A stretch of DNA of 59,105 nt from a bacterium (GTDB lineage: Bacteria; Actinomycetota; Coriobacteriia; Coriobacteriales; QAMH01), in the NCBI GenBank assembly GCA_963642995.1, contig CAVIIZ010000004.1, forward strand, positions 1-59,105, in the 5' to 3' direction. Below, one piece after another: positions 33,596 to 43,147 of the stretch; the stretch's first letter is position 1, and every line of letters begins with the position of its first letter. The notes beneath the pieces were generated by a model, which had not been told where the DNA came from, did no database searches, and saw only the letters and a program-made list of their open reading frames with translations. The position numbers were made by a program, and so were the translations under genes.

Positions 33596-34909
33596 CTAGT
33601 TCTTCCTCTTGAAGCGCAGGCGCACGGGCGTGCCCTCGAGGGGAAAGCTCGCACGCAGACGGTTTTCCAGATAGCGTTCGAAGTTCGCATCCACCAGCTC
33701 GGGGCAGTTCGCGAAGAAGGTGAAGACGGGGGGGCAGGTGCGCGTCTGCGTGACGTAGTTGATGCGCAGGCGGCGCTTTCCCTTCACGATGGTGTGCCCG
33801 AAATCGCGCAGCTCGGTGACGAGGCGGTTGAGCATCGCGGTGGGAATCTGCGCATTGTAGGAGGCGTGCGCCGCGTCGATGGCGTCCCAGACGCGATGCA
33901 CGGAGCGGCCGGTTTTCGCCGAGATCGAGATCATGGGCGCCCAGTCGATGAAGCCCAGGCCCTCGGCCACGTCGGCGCGCAGCTCGCCGCGCTTGTCGGC
34001 GCCCTCCACGAGGTCCCACTTGTTCAACAGCACCACCACGGCGCATCCACGCTCGACGGCCAGGCCGGCCACGCGCTGGTCTTGGTCGGTCAGCCCCAAG
34101 GTCGCGTCCACCATCAGCAGCACGACCTCGGCCCTCTCGATGGCGCGCAACGAGCGCACGAAACCGTAGTACTCGACGTCTTCGTCGATTTGCGACTTGC
34201 GGCGTATGCCCGCGGTGTCCACGATGGTGTAGCGCCGGCCATCGTGCTCCACCATGGTGTCGATGGCGTCGCGCGTCGTGCCCGCCATGTCGCTGACGAT
34301 GGAGCGCTCGCCTCCCGCCAGACGGTTGGTGAGCGAGGACTTGCCCGCGTTGGGGCGGCCGATGATGGCGACGCGCACCGCATCCGGATCCTCCTCGTCG
34401 TCGACGGCGTCGGAGGCGAAGGTGGCGACCACCGCGTCGAGCAAGTCGCCGGTGCCGTGCCCATGCGCGGCCGAGACGGGCATGGGGTCTCCCAACCCCA
34501 GGCCGAAGAACTCCCACAGCGCCTCCTCGTGCGCGGGGTCGTCGAGCTTGTTCACCGCGAGGAAGACGGGGGTGGAGGCTTTTTGCAGGGTGCGGGCGAT
34601 CCGGGCGTCCTCGTCGGTCACGCCCGTCGTCGCATCCACGAGAAAGACGATGCAGTCGGCCTGGTCGCAGGCCTCGAGCGCCTGGGTCGTGATGGAGGTC
34701 TGGAAGCGGTCCTTGTCCGAAAGCGCCATGCCGCCCGTGTCGATGAGGGTGAAGGCGCGTCCGTTCCAGTCGGCTTTGTGGTAGGAGCGGTCGCGCGTGA
34801 CGCCGCGCATCTCGTGGACGATGGCGTCGGAGCGCTGCGTGATGCGGTTGACGAGGGTGGATTTGCCGACATTGGGCCGGCCGACCACCGCGACGATGGG
34901 AAGCGGCAT
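33596..34909 (-). CDS. der: Ribosome-associated GTPase Der/EngA (double GTPase domain + KH-like)
   Basis: Two G1 motifs, GRPNVGKST and GRPNAGKSS. ATG 34909 (MPLPIVAVVG..) is preceded by AAAGGTG with 6-nt spacing. The track start at 34942 is a GTG. Confidence 0.95.
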   Translation of the reverse strand: MPLPIVAVVGRPNVGKSTLVNRITQRSDAIVHEMRGVTRDRSYHKADWNGRAFTLIDTGGMALSDKDRFQTSITTQALEACDQADCIVFLVDATTGVTDEDARIARTLQKASTPVFLAVNKLDDPAHEEALWEFFGLGLGDPMPVSAAHGHGTGDLLDAVVATFASDAVDDEEDPDAVRVAIIGRPNAGKSSLTNRLAGGERSIVSDMAGTTRDAIDTMVEHDGRRYTIVDTAGIRRKSQIDEDVEYYGFVRSLRAIERAEVVLLMVDATLGLTDQDQRVAGLAVERGCAVVVLLNKWDLVEGADKRGELRADVAEGLGFIDWAPMISISAKTGRSVHRVWDAIDAAHASYNAQIPTAMLNRLVTELRDFGHTIVKGKRRLRINYVTQTRTCPPVFTFFANCPELVDANFERYLENRLRASFPLEGTPVRLRFKRKN

Positions 34910-35129
34910 AAAGACACCTTTGCTGGTGAAATCGGTTTGCACGTATCACCTGCAATTGTAGCGCGTCATGCCCGCGCGCGCGGCGCCGTGCCCGGCGTTT
35001 GCCTTGGCCGAAATCCCCGTTTCGGCAAAACCGGGCAGGGGACGCGCGGCGACGGGCGAGAGACGGCGCCTTCCAAAAGAAGTAGAATAACGCGGCGCGC
35101 ATGCCCGAAGACAGCGCGCGCCTTTTCGC

Positions 35130-35220
35130 GGAGGGATGGCAGAGCGGCTGAATGCAGCGGTCTTGAAAACCGCCGGGCAGGTTTCCTGTCTCCGGGGTTC
35201 AAATCCCCGTCCCTCCGCCA
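35130..35220 (+). tRNA. tRNA-Ser (anticodon UGA), long variable arm, CCA encoded
   Basis: Manual cloverleaf. Acceptor GGAGGGA/TCCCTCC, D arm GCA-GAGCGGCTGAA-TGC, anticodon stem GCGGT/ACCGC with loop CTTGAAA, variable stem GGCAGG/CCTGTC, T arm CGGGG-TTCAAAT-CCCCG, discriminator G, then CCA. Confidence 0.9.
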
Positions 35221-35300
35221 GATATATGCCACAACCACGACCGCGTCTCTCCAATCCAAGGGCCAAGACAGCGGAAACGGGGATTTGAGCGGGGCAAACC

Positions 35301-36071
35301 CTACAGCCGCGTCAAGACGAGCGGGCCGTCTTCGGTCACGGCCACCGTGTGCTCGCAGTGGGCGGCAGGCGCCGCATCCCGTGTGGCGACGCCCCATCCG
35401 TCGGGCAGCGTGCAGATGGCGGGGCTTTTCAAGGTGAACATGGGCTCGATGGCGATGACGAGGCCGGGGCTCAGCTTCATCCCGCGCCCCGCACGGCCGA
35501 AATTGGGCACGTCGGGCGGCTCGTGCAGCTCGCGCCCCACGCCATGGCCCACCAGCTCGCGCACCACGCCGAAGCAATGCGTGTCCGCGCACGCCTGCAC
35601 CGCCGCGCCTATGTCGCCCAAGGTGTTGCCCGCGCACGCCGCCGCCACGCCGGCGTCGCAAGCCGCCTCGCAGCACTCGCACAAAAGGCGCGTGTGCGGG
35701 TCGACCTCGCCCACGAGAAAGGTGCGCGCGTTGTCGCCCACCCAGCCGTCCACGACCGCGCCGGTGTCCACCGAGACGATGTCGCCGTCGCGCACGACCT
35801 CGTCGGGCCGCGGGATGCCGTGCACGATCTTCTCGTTGATGGAGACGCAGGCGGCCGCCGGGAAGCCGCCATATCCCTTGAAGGCGGGCTTTGCGCCCTC
35901 GGCGCGTATGCAGCGCTCCGCTTCCGCGTTCACCTCCGCGGTGGAGACGCCCGCCTCGATGGCGAGGCCGGCCGCATGCAGCGCCATCGCGCTGACCCGG
36001 CCGGCCTCTCTCAAAGCCTCTATCTGCGCACGCGTCTTCAGAAAGACGCGAGGGCGGCGGCGCACCCGCAT
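35301..36071 (-). CDS. map: Methionine aminopeptidase type I
   Basis: ..VSVDTGAVVDGW.GD..T.. and ..GHGVGRELHE.. metal-ligand motifs. ATG 36071 lies 1 nt after the adk stop. Confidence 0.95.
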   Translation of the reverse strand: MRVRRRPRVFLKTRAQIEALREAGRVSAMALHAAGLAIEAGVSTAEVNAEAERCIRAEGAKPAFKGYGGFPAAACVSINEKIVHGIPRPDEVVRDGDIVSVDTGAVVDGWVGDNARTFLVGEVDPHTRLLCECCEAACDAGVAAACAGNTLGDIGAAVQACADTHCFGVVRELVGHGVGRELHEPPDVPNFGRAGRGMKLSPGLVIAIEPMFTLKSPAICTLPDGWGVATRDAAPAAHCEHTVAVTEDGPLVLTRL

Positions 36072-36072
36072 G

Positions 36073-36696
36073 CTAGCCGACGATTTCCCTGATGTCGGCG
36101 TAGACCGCGTCCACGGGACGATTGCCGTCCACCTCGACCAAGGTGCCGTTGCCACGGTAGTAGTCGATCAGCGGGCTGGTCTGCTTGTCGTAGACGTCCA
36201 GGCGGTTGCGCACGGACTCGGCATTGTCGTCGGCGCGCTGGTACATCTCGCCGCCGCAATCCGGGCATGCCGGCCCGTCTTCGACCGTGCCGATGAACCC
36301 GCACTCGCGGCAGGTGCGGCGCGAGGAGATGCGCTCCACCACCACGTCGTTGTCCACCTCGAGCGCGATGGCGAAGTCGAGCTTCTTGCCCAGGTCGCTC
36401 AAGACGCCGTCGAGCGCGACGGCCTGCGCCGGGGTACGCGGGAAGCCGTCGAGCAGATACGAAGCGTCGGGGTTTTCCTCCAGGCGCTCGGCCACGAGCC
36501 CGATCACCACCTCGTCGGGCACCAAGTCGCCCGCGTCCATGTACCCTTTGGCCTTCTTGCCCAGCTCCGTGCCCGCGGCCACCGCCGCGCGAAGCAGGTC
36601 GCCCGTCGCCAGATGCTCGAAGCCGTAATCTGCGACGAGCTTGGCGGATTGCGTTCCCTTGCCGGCGCCCGGGGCGCCCAATAAGACGATGTTCAT
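36073..36696 (-). CDS. adk: Adenylate kinase (zinc-lid type, CxxC..CxxC)
   Basis: GAPGAGKGTQ P-loop. The lid is CRECG..CPDCG. Confidence 0.97.
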   Translation of the reverse strand: MNIVLLGAPGAGKGTQSAKLVADYGFEHLATGDLLRAAVAAGTELGKKAKGYMDAGDLVPDEVVIGLVAERLEENPDASYLLDGFPRTPAQAVALDGVLSDLGKKLDFAIALEVDNDVVVERISSRRTCRECGFIGTVEDGPACPDCGGEMYQRADDNAESVRNRLDVYDKQTSPLIDYYRGNGTLVEVDGNRPVDAVYADIREIVG

Positions 36697-36784
36697 TGCA
36701 CTGCTCCTTTAAAGACATGCCCGCGCCGCACGACCCGCATATGCGGGAAGGGCGGCACGGGGGGCTTGCGGTGCGGCGGCGCTC

Positions 36785-38077
36785 CTATTTGAAGAAGCCG
36801 TCGTAGTTGTGCATTTTAAGCTGCGACTCCAATTTCGTCATCGTGTCGAGCGCGACGCCGACCATGATGAGGATGGAGGTGCCGCCGAATTGCTGGATCA
36901 AGGTGTTGCCCGTAAACGAGTACAAGATCGTCGGGATGATGGCGATGGCGGCCACGAACATGGCGCCGGGCAGCGTGATGCGGTTGATGACCTTCTTCAG
37001 GTACTGCACGGTGGCCGAGCCGGGACGGATGCCCGGGATGAAGCCGCCGGAGTTCTTCAGCTGGTCGGCGGTCTGGTCCGGGTGGTAGATCATCGAGTTG
37101 TAGAAATACGCGAAGAACACGATGAACACGAAGGTGAGCAGCCAGTTGCCCCATCCGCTCGAGCAGAAGTTGGCCACGGCCTGCAGCCAGTCGACGTCGG
37201 TGAAAAACGCCGCGATCTGGGGCGGCACGTAGAGCAGGGCCGCCGCGAAGATGATGGGGATGACGCCCGCGCCGTTCACCTTGAACGGCAGGTAGGTGCT
37301 CTGCCCGCCCATCTGGCGACGCCCCACGACGCGCTTGGAGTACTGCACCGGGATGCGGCGCTGGCCGCGCTCGATGAAGACGATGGCCGGGATGACCACC
37401 AAGATGACCGCGACGATGATGATCGTGGTGAGCACGCCTTGCATGGTGTCGCTGGAAGTGAGCACCGAATCGTAGAGCGCGCTCGGGAGACGCGCCACGA
37501 TGTTGGCGAAGATGATGAGCGACATGCCGTTGCCGATGCCGCGCTGGGTGATCAGCTCGCCCATCCACATGATGAAGGCGGTGCCGGCCACGAGCGTGAC
37601 GACGATGATGATGTAGGTGGCCCACACCGGCATGACCCCGTCGGTGAAGGTGATGCCGAAGCTCGGGCTTTGGAAGAGCACGAGATAGCCCACCGCGTTG
37701 ATCAGGCCGAGGATCAAGGTGAGGTAGCGGGTGATGCGCGTGATCTTGCGCCTGCCCGTCTCGCCTTCCTTTGCCCAGTCCTGCAGGCGCGGGATGACGC
37801 CTTGCATGAGCTGCATGATGATGGACGCGGTGATGTAGGGCATGATGCCCAGCGAGAACACGGAGAAGTACTCGAGCGCGCCGCCCGAGAACAGGTTCAG
37901 CATCATCAGGCCGGCGTTGGCGTCGTCGCCTTTGAAGCTGTCCACCAGCTCGGCAAACGGGATGCCGGGCACGGGGATGAACGACCCCACGCGGTAGAGC
38001 AAGATGATGGCGAGCGTGAAGAGGATCTTGCGGCGAAGCTCCTTCACGCGCATCGCATTTGCGAGAGCCTTAAGCAC
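36785..38077 (-). CDS. secY: Preprotein translocase subunit SecY
   Basis: 430-aa polytopic protein with SecY family sequence. It sits between rplO and adk. Confidence 0.97.
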   Translation of the reverse strand: MLKALANAMRVKELRRKILFTLAIILLYRVGSFIPVPGIPFAELVDSFKGDDANAGLMMLNLFSGGALEYFSVFSLGIMPYITASIIMQLMQGVIPRLQDWAKEGETGRRKITRITRYLTLILGLINAVGYLVLFQSPSFGITFTDGVMPVWATYIIIVVTLVAGTAFIMWMGELITQRGIGNGMSLIIFANIVARLPSALYDSVLTSSDTMQGVLTTIIIVAVILVVIPAIVFIERGQRRIPVQYSKRVVGRRQMGGQSTYLPFKVNGAGVIPIIFAAALLYVPPQIAAFFTDVDWLQAVANFCSSGWGNWLLTFVFIVFFAYFYNSMIYHPDQTADQLKNSGGFIPGIRPGSATVQYLKKVINRITLPGAMFVAAIAIIPTILYSFTGNTLIQQFGGTSILIMVGVALDTMTKLESQLKMHNYDGFFK

Positions 38078-38079
38078 GG

Positions 38080-38526
38080 TTATTCGACCTTCCCTCCGGC
38101 TGCCTCGATTTTGGCCTTCGCGGAGGCGGACACCTTGTCTACCTGCACGGTGAGGGCCTTCGTGATGTCGCCGTCGCCGAGCACCTTCACGGGCGCGTCG
38201 GCATGCTTGATGATGCAGGCCTCGACGAGCGCGGCCTTGTCCACCACGGCGCCCGCCTCGAACTTGGCCTCGAGGCGCGAGACGTTCACGGGCAGGTACT
38301 CGGTGCGGTTGACGTTGCGAAAGCCGGGCAGCTTGGGCAGACGGCGCGCGAGCGGGGTCTGGCCGCCCTCGAAGCCGGGGCGCTTGCCTGCGCCGGCGCG
38401 GGAGAGCTGGCCGTTGGAGCCGCGTCCGGACTTGCCGCCGAATCCGCTGCCATGGCCGCGGCCGACGCGCTTGCGGTTTTTCGTAGAGCCCTCTGCGGGC
38501 TTCAGGTCGTGCAGGTTCATCTTCAC
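38080..38526 (-). CDS. rplO: 50S ribosomal protein uL15
   Basis: Family sequence (..[14 protein letters not shown]-like G-rich N-terminus) and operon position. Confidence 0.95.
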   Translation of the reverse strand: MKMNLHDLKPAEGSTKNRKRVGRGHGSGFGGKSGRGSNGQLSRAGAGKRPGFEGGQTPLARRLPKLPGFRNVNRTEYLPVNVSRLEAKFEAGAVVDKAALVEACIIKHADAPVKVLGDGDITKALTVQVDKVSASAKAKIEAAGGKVE

Positions 38527-38630
38527 TCCTTCACACGCGACGCGCCGCTGTCGGCGCGCCCCTCCCCCGCCTCGGGAGAAGAGGTGCGCGTTTTCACGGC
38601 GCGGCCGGCTGCTCGCCGCCGGCTGACTTC

Positions 38631-38674
38631 CGTTTGAAAAGACCCCGAGCCGATCCTCTTTGTTCGGCTCGGGG
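38631..38674 (-). terminator. Terminator-like hairpin inside the ribosomal operon (rpmD-rplO spacer)
   Basis: Minus strand: CCCCGAGCCGA-N10-TCGGCTCGGGG followed by TCTTTTCAAA. The 11-bp stem is perfect and starts 33 nt after the rpmD stop. Confidence 0.55.
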
Positions 38675-38706
38675 AATAGTACCAGATAACGCGTCCGGTT
38701 TTGCGG

Positions 38707-38895
38707 CTAGACGCTCTCCACCTCGACCAGGTGCTTCACCTTGAAGAGCATGCCCTGGACAGACGGGTTGTCCACCTGCTCGACCATGCTGCCGGGCTTG
38801 CCCAGCCCCAGGGCCTTCAGCGTGGCCACCTGGTCGTGCTTGGTGCCGATCGCGCTTTTCACCTGCGTGACGCGCAGGGTCTTTTTCTGTGCCAT
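38707..38895 (-). CDS. rpmD: 50S ribosomal protein uL30
   Basis: 62 aa, [11 protein letters not shown].. family sequence. It abuts the rpsE stop. Confidence 0.95.
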   Translation of the reverse strand: MAQKKTLRVTQVKSAIGTKHDQVATLKALGLGKPGSMVEQVDNPSVQGMLFKVKHLVEVESV

Positions 38896-39444
38896 TTATC
38901 CGACCTTCTTCCCGTACATGGCAGCGATGGTCACGCCGCGGCGGTCTGCGACCTGCTGCGGGCTTTGCAGCTGCTTCATGCCCTCGGCTGCCGCCTTCAC
39001 CATGTTCATCGGGTTGTCCGTGCCGAGGCTTTTCGCCAGCACGTCTTTGACCCCGGCGAGCTCGAAGAGCGCGCGCACCGGGCCGCCGGCGATGACGCCG
39101 GTACCCTCGGTGGCGGGCTTGATCAGCACGCGACCCGCGGAATAGGCGCCCATGACCTCGTGGGGAATCGTGCCCGACTCGGTGAGGGGCACCTTGAACA
39201 TGTTCTTCTTCGCGTCCTCGACGCCTTTGCTGATGGCGATGGGCACCTCTGCGGACTTGCCCATCCCGACGCCGACGTTTCCGTTGCGGTCACCCACGAC
39301 GACAAGGGCAGTCAGGCCGAAGCGGCGGCCGCCCTTGACCACCTTGGACACGCGGTTGATGAAGACCACGCGCTCCTCGAGCTCGGGGACGGCGGGGTTG
39401 GCGTCGCGCTTGTTCCTGTTTCTGCTGTTGGACCTGTTCGGCAT
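38896..39444 (-). CDS. rpsE: 30S ribosomal protein uS5
   Basis: ..VVKGGRRF.. dsRBD and uS5 C-domain; operon position. Confidence 0.95.
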   Translation of the reverse strand: MPNRSNSRNRNKRDANPAVPELEERVVFINRVSKVVKGGRRFGLTALVVVGDRNGNVGVGMGKSAEVPIAISKGVEDAKKNMFKVPLTESGTIPHEVMGAYSAGRVLIKPATEGTGVIAGGPVRALFELAGVKDVLAKSLGTDNPMNMVKAAAEGMKQLQSPQQVADRRGVTIAAMYGKKVG

Positions 39445-39462
39445 AAGCTCTGCTCTCCCTTT

Positions 39463-39825
39463 CTAGAATTTCAAGCCTGCCTCGCGGGCTGCATCCGCGA
39501 GCGCCTTGACCCGTCCGTGATAGATATGTCCGCCGCGGTCGAAGACGACCTCCTCGATCTTGGCGTCGACGGCGCGCTGACCGACGAGCTTGCCCACTTC
39601 CCGGGCGCCGGCCACGTTAGAGCCGCCCTTGCCCTTCAGGCTCGCGTCCAGAGACGACGCGCTGACGATGGTGTTGCCCGCCACGTCGTCGATGAGCTGG
39701 GCGTAGATGTGCTTGTTGGAACGCGTGACGCACAGGCGCGGACGCGACGCGGTGCCGGACACCTTGCCGCGCACACGGCGCTGGCGGCGCCGATGCTGTT
39801 CCTTCTTCTTCTTAAGGCTGTCCAT
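39463..39825 (-). CDS. rplR: 50S ribosomal protein uL18
   Basis: 120 aa, ..[18 protein letters not shown].. family sequence. Confidence 0.95.
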   Translation of the reverse strand: MDSLKKKKEQHRRRQRRVRGKVSGTASRPRLCVTRSNKHIYAQLIDDVAGNTIVSASSLDASLKGKGGSNVAGAREVGKLVGQRAVDAKIEEVVFDRGGHIYHGRVKALADAAREAGLKF

Positions 39826-39885
39826 GTCTTCTCATAACTCCTCGAATATGACCGCGGTGAAACCCGCGGCGTGCCTTCACGCGCC

Positions 39886-40422
39886 TTACGCGCCTGCCTT
39901 GCCTTCCTTGCGGCGGATGTGCTCGCCTTGGTAGCGCACGCCCTTGCCCTTGTAGGGCTCGGGGGGACGGAAGGCGCGCACATCGGCGGCCGTCTGGCCG
40001 ACGAGCTGCTTGTCGATGCCCTTCACGTGGATGACGGTCGTCTCGGGGCACTCGAACTCGATGCCCTCCGGCGGCTCGACCGTGACGGGATGCGAGAAGC
40101 CCAGGGTCATCTCCAGGGTCTTGCCCTTGAGGGAGGCGCGGTATCCCACGCCCTGCAGCTCCAGCGTCTTCACATAGCCCTGCGTCACGCCGACCACCAT
40201 GTTGTTGATGAGGGTGCGGGTCAGACCGTGCAGCGAACGGCTCTCGCGCTCGTCGTCTGCGCGGCTGACGGTGATGCCCTCCTCGCCCTGCTCGATCTTC
40301 AGCTTCGTGGAAAAGCTCTGCGTCAGCTCCCCCTTGGGCCCTTTCACGGTGACGGTGCCGCCGTCGATTTTCACGTCGACGCCCGCGGGAACCGGAACGG
40401 GCAACTTGCCAATACGCGACAT
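39886..40422 (-). CDS. rplF: 50S ribosomal protein uL6
   Basis: [15 protein letters not shown].. family sequence. Confidence 0.95.
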   Translation of the reverse strand: MSRIGKLPVPVPAGVDVKIDGGTVTVKGPKGELTQSFSTKLKIEQGEEGITVSRADDERESRSLHGLTRTLINNMVVGVTQGYVKTLELQGVGYRASLKGKTLEMTLGFSHPVTVEPPEGIEFECPETTVIHVKGIDKQLVGQTAADVRAFRPPEPYKGKGVRYQGEHIRRKEGKAGA

Positions 40423-40447
40423 AAGATGTGCTCCTTTCTCGGTTCGT

Positions 40448-40843
40448 CTACCAGATGTAGGCCAAGACCTCGCCGCCGACGCCTGCCAGGCGCGCGTCGC
40501 GGTCGGTCATGACGCCTTTGGAGGTGGATATGACAGCGCAGCCCAAGCCGCCCAGCACGCGGGGCAGCTCGTCGGCGTGCGCGTAGATGCGCAAGCCGGG
40601 CTTGGAGATGCGGCGGATGCCGCGGATGGTGCGCTCGCGTTTCGGGCCGTACTTCAGCGAGATGACGAGCTCGTCTTGAGGAGACTTCGCCAAGACCTCG
40701 TAGTCGGCGATGTAGCCCTCTTCCTTCATGACGCGGGCAATCTCGACGAGCTTTTTGCTCGACGGCATGCTCACCTGCTCTTTTTCCGCAGAGTTTGCAT
40801 TGCGGATGCGCGTCAGCATATCTGCGATGGTGTCTGTGGTCAT
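40448..40843 (-). CDS. rpsH: 30S ribosomal protein uS8
   Basis: ..[13 protein letters not shown].. family sequence. Confidence 0.95.
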   Translation of the reverse strand: MTTDTIADMLTRIRNANSAEKEQVSMPSSKKLVEIARVMKEEGYIADYEVLAKSPQDELVISLKYGPKRERTIRGIRRISKPGLRIYAHADELPRVLGGLGCAVISTSKGVMTDRDARLAGVGGEVLAYIW

Positions 40844-40951
40844 TCAAATGCTCCTTATGGTTCGTTGATGACTGTTCGCGTGTGGTTCGCCACGGCCCGT
40901 AGCCGCGGCGCCTTCACATGACAGCCCGGTCTTGATCCGAGCGGGTCTCTC

Positions 40952-41137
40952 TTACCAAGAGGCCTTGCGGACGCCGGGTAGCTCGCCTTTCAGTGCCATC
41001 TCGCGCAGGCACACACGGCACAGCCCGAACTTGCGGTACACCGAATGCGGACGCCCGCAGCGGCTGCAGCGGGTGTAGGCACGGGTGGAATACTTCGGTT
41101 CGCGCTTCGCCTTGGCGATCATCGATTTCTTTGCCAA
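40952..41137 (-). CDS. rpsN: 30S ribosomal protein uS14, short zinc-binding type Z
   Basis: 61 aa with CSRCGRP..CRVC Cys4 motif. Confidence 0.95.
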   Translation of the reverse strand: MAKKSMIAKAKREPKYSTRAYTRCSRCGRPHSVYRKFGLCRVCLREMALKGELPGVRKASW

Positions 41138-41221
41138 AACTTGCCTCCTTATCGCCTTCGGCGGCCTTCCTTTTCAGGCCGCCGTCAAAGCCTTTCTCGG
41201 TGGATACGCCGCTTTGGGGAT

Positions 41222-41773
41222 CTAGCGGCTCTCCTTGAACGGGAAGCCGAACGCCGAAAGGAGCGCGCGTCCGGCCTCGTCGGTGGTCGCCGTCGTGACG
41301 ATGGTGATGTCCATGCCGCGGGTGCGGTCCACCTGGTCGTACTCGATTTCGGGGAAGATCAGCTGCTCGGTCACTCCCATGGAGTAGTTGCCGTGGCCGT
41401 CGAAGCTGTTCGGGTTCATGCCGCGGAAGTCGCGGATGCGCGGTATGGCCAAAGAGACCAGACGGTCGAAGAACTCGTACATGCGGTCGCCGCGCAACGT
41501 GACCTTGGCGCCGATGGCCTGGCCCTTGCGCAGGTGAAAGGTCGCGATGGACTTCTTCGCGTGGCAGATCATGGGCTGTTGGCCGGTGATCTGGCGCAGG
41601 TCGGCGACGGCGCCGTCGATCTGCTTGGAATCTGTGGCGGCGATGCCGACGCCCATGTTCACGACGATCTTCTCCAACTTGGGCACGTTGTTCACGTTAT
41701 CGCAGCCCAGCTCCTGCTCGAGCTTGGCCAAGATCTCGTTTTTGTACTTCTCCCTCAAACGCGGTGTTGCCAT
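41222..41773 (-). CDS. rplE: 50S ribosomal protein uL5
   Basis: Start moved to ATG 41773 ([11 protein letters not shown]..), preceded by AAGGAGTG. The track start adds 25 non-conserved residues. Confidence 0.93.
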   Translation of the reverse strand: MATPRLREKYKNEILAKLEQELGCDNVNNVPKLEKIVVNMGVGIAATDSKQIDGAVADLRQITGQQPMICHAKKSIATFHLRKGQAIGAKVTLRGDRMYEFFDRLVSLAIPRIRDFRGMNPNSFDGHGNYSMGVTEQLIFPEIEYDQVDRTRGMDITIVTTATTDEAGRALLSAFGFPFKESR

Positions 41774-41901
41774 GTAGCTTTCCCACTCCTTCGAATCCGG
41801 GGTTTCAGGCGGGGTTTCCGACCTCGCCCCCTCGCAGATGCACCCCATGTCGCGGGCGCGGCTGCGAGGGCCTTTTCCTCATCGACTAAAACGCGCGCGC
41901 C

Positions 41902-42219
41902 CTAGTCGATGTCCTTGCCGCACTTCTTGCAGGTGCGCACCTTGTCTCGGCCGTCGTGCTTGACGCCCACGCGGGTGGGCAGGCCGCAGTGCGGGCACAC
42001 GAGCATGACGTTGGAGACGTCGATGGGCGCCTCGCGCTCCTCGATGCCGCCGCTGGGGTTTTGCTGCGTGGGGCGCAAGGCCTTGTGCACGATGTTGGCG
42101 CCGGAAACCAGCACGCGGCGCTTGGCCGGCTGGCAGGACAGCACCTCGCCCTCGTGGCCGGCGTCTTTGCCCGTGATGACCTTGACCTTGTCGCCGGTCT
42201 TGATGTTCATGCTGCTCAT
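41902..42219 (-). CDS. rplX: 50S ribosomal protein uL24 (Cys4-containing form)
   Basis: KOW motif GDKVKVITGKDAG. The C-terminal part has CPHCG..(N17)..CKKCG. Confidence 0.95.
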   Translation of the reverse strand: MSSMNIKTGDKVKVITGKDAGHEGEVLSCQPAKRRVLVSGANIVHKALRPTQQNPSGGIEEREAPIDVSNVMLVCPHCGLPTRVGVKHDGRDKVRTCKKCGKDID

Positions 42220-42237
42220 ATCTCGTCCACGCCTCCT

Positions 42238-42606
42238 CTACAGCGTCTCGGGGGCCAAAGAGACGATGCGCAGATAGCGCTTCTCGCGCAGCTCGCGGGC
42301 CACCGGCCCGAAGATGCGCGTGCCGCGCGGGGCGCCCGCGTTGTCCACGAGCACGGCTGCGTTCTCGTCGAACTTGATGTAGGAGCCGTCCTTGCGGCGG
42401 ACCTCCTTTTTCACCCTGACGACGACGCAGCGCACCACGTCGCCCTTCTTCACCTGGCCGTTGGGAATCGCCTCCTGCACGGCGCACATGATGGTGTCGC
42501 CCAGCCCCGCGTAGCGGCGCTTCGAGCCGCCCAGGACCTTGATGCAACGCACCTTGCGCGCGCCGCTGTTGTCCGCGACGGTCAGCATGGTCTGCATTTG
42601 AATCAT
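42238..42606 (-). CDS. rplN: 50S ribosomal protein uL14
   Basis: [16 protein letters not shown].. family sequence. Confidence 0.97.
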   Translation of the reverse strand: MIQMQTMLTVADNSGARKVRCIKVLGGSKRRYAGLGDTIMCAVQEAIPNGQVKKGDVVRCVVVRVKKEVRRKDGSYIKFDENAAVLVDNAGAPRGTRIFGPVARELREKRYLRIVSLAPETL

Positions 42607-42643
42607 TGCGTCTTTATCCTTTCTTGCCTAGTCGCCGTTTGCG

Positions 42644-42910
42644 CTACTTGGCCTTCTCGACGATCTCGACCAGACGCCAGTGCTTGGTCTTGGACAGGGG
42701 GCGCGTCTCCATGATGCGCACCGTGTCGCCCACGCCGGCCTCGTTGTTCTCGTCGTGCGCGTGCAGCTTCTTGGAGCTGTTCATCATCTTGCCGTAGACG
42801 CGGTGCGGTTTGCGCTCGCGGATCTGCACGACGATGGTCTTGTCGGTGGCCGCAGAGACGACGACGCCCTGGCGGACTTTGCGGTTGTTGCGCTCTTGCG
42901 TTTCGCTCAT
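42644..42910 (-). CDS. rpsQ: 30S ribosomal protein uS17
   Basis: 88 aa, ..[14 protein letters not shown].. family sequence. Confidence 0.95.
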   Translation of the reverse strand: MSETQERNNRKVRQGVVVSAATDKTIVVQIRERKPHRVYGKMMNSSKKLHAHDENNEAGVGDTVRIMETRPLSKTKHWRLVEIVEKAK

Positions 42911-42934
42911 CGCTTGTTTCGTCCCCTTTCCTTG

Positions 42935-43147
42935 CTAGGACGCAGCGTCTGCTGCGGCGTTGATTTCCCTGGCACGCATCTCGGTGAGGATGCGGGCGAT
43001 GTCCTTTTTCACGGCCTTGACGCGCGCCGTGTTGTCCAGCTGGCTTGTGGCCATCTGGAAGCGCAGGTTGAAGAGCTCGGAGCGGGACTCGTCCAATTTG
43101 GTGGACAGATCCTCGCCGGAAAGCTCGCGAATTTCTGCCGGCTTCAT
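42935..43147 (-). CDS. rpmC: 50S ribosomal protein uL29
   Basis: 70 aa, ..ELFNLRFQ.. family sequence. The ATG shares one base with the rplP TAA. Confidence 0.95.
   Translation of the reverse strand: MKPAEIRELSGEDLSTKLDESRSELFNLRFQMATSQLDNTARVKAVKKDIARILTEMRAREINAAADAAS

Noticed and set aside
35130-35300. tRNA-Ser as an integration site for a genomic island or prophage
   Set aside because: No integrase, no direct repeat of the tRNA 3' end and no compositional shift were seen on either side. The flanking genes are map and der (core housekeeping).
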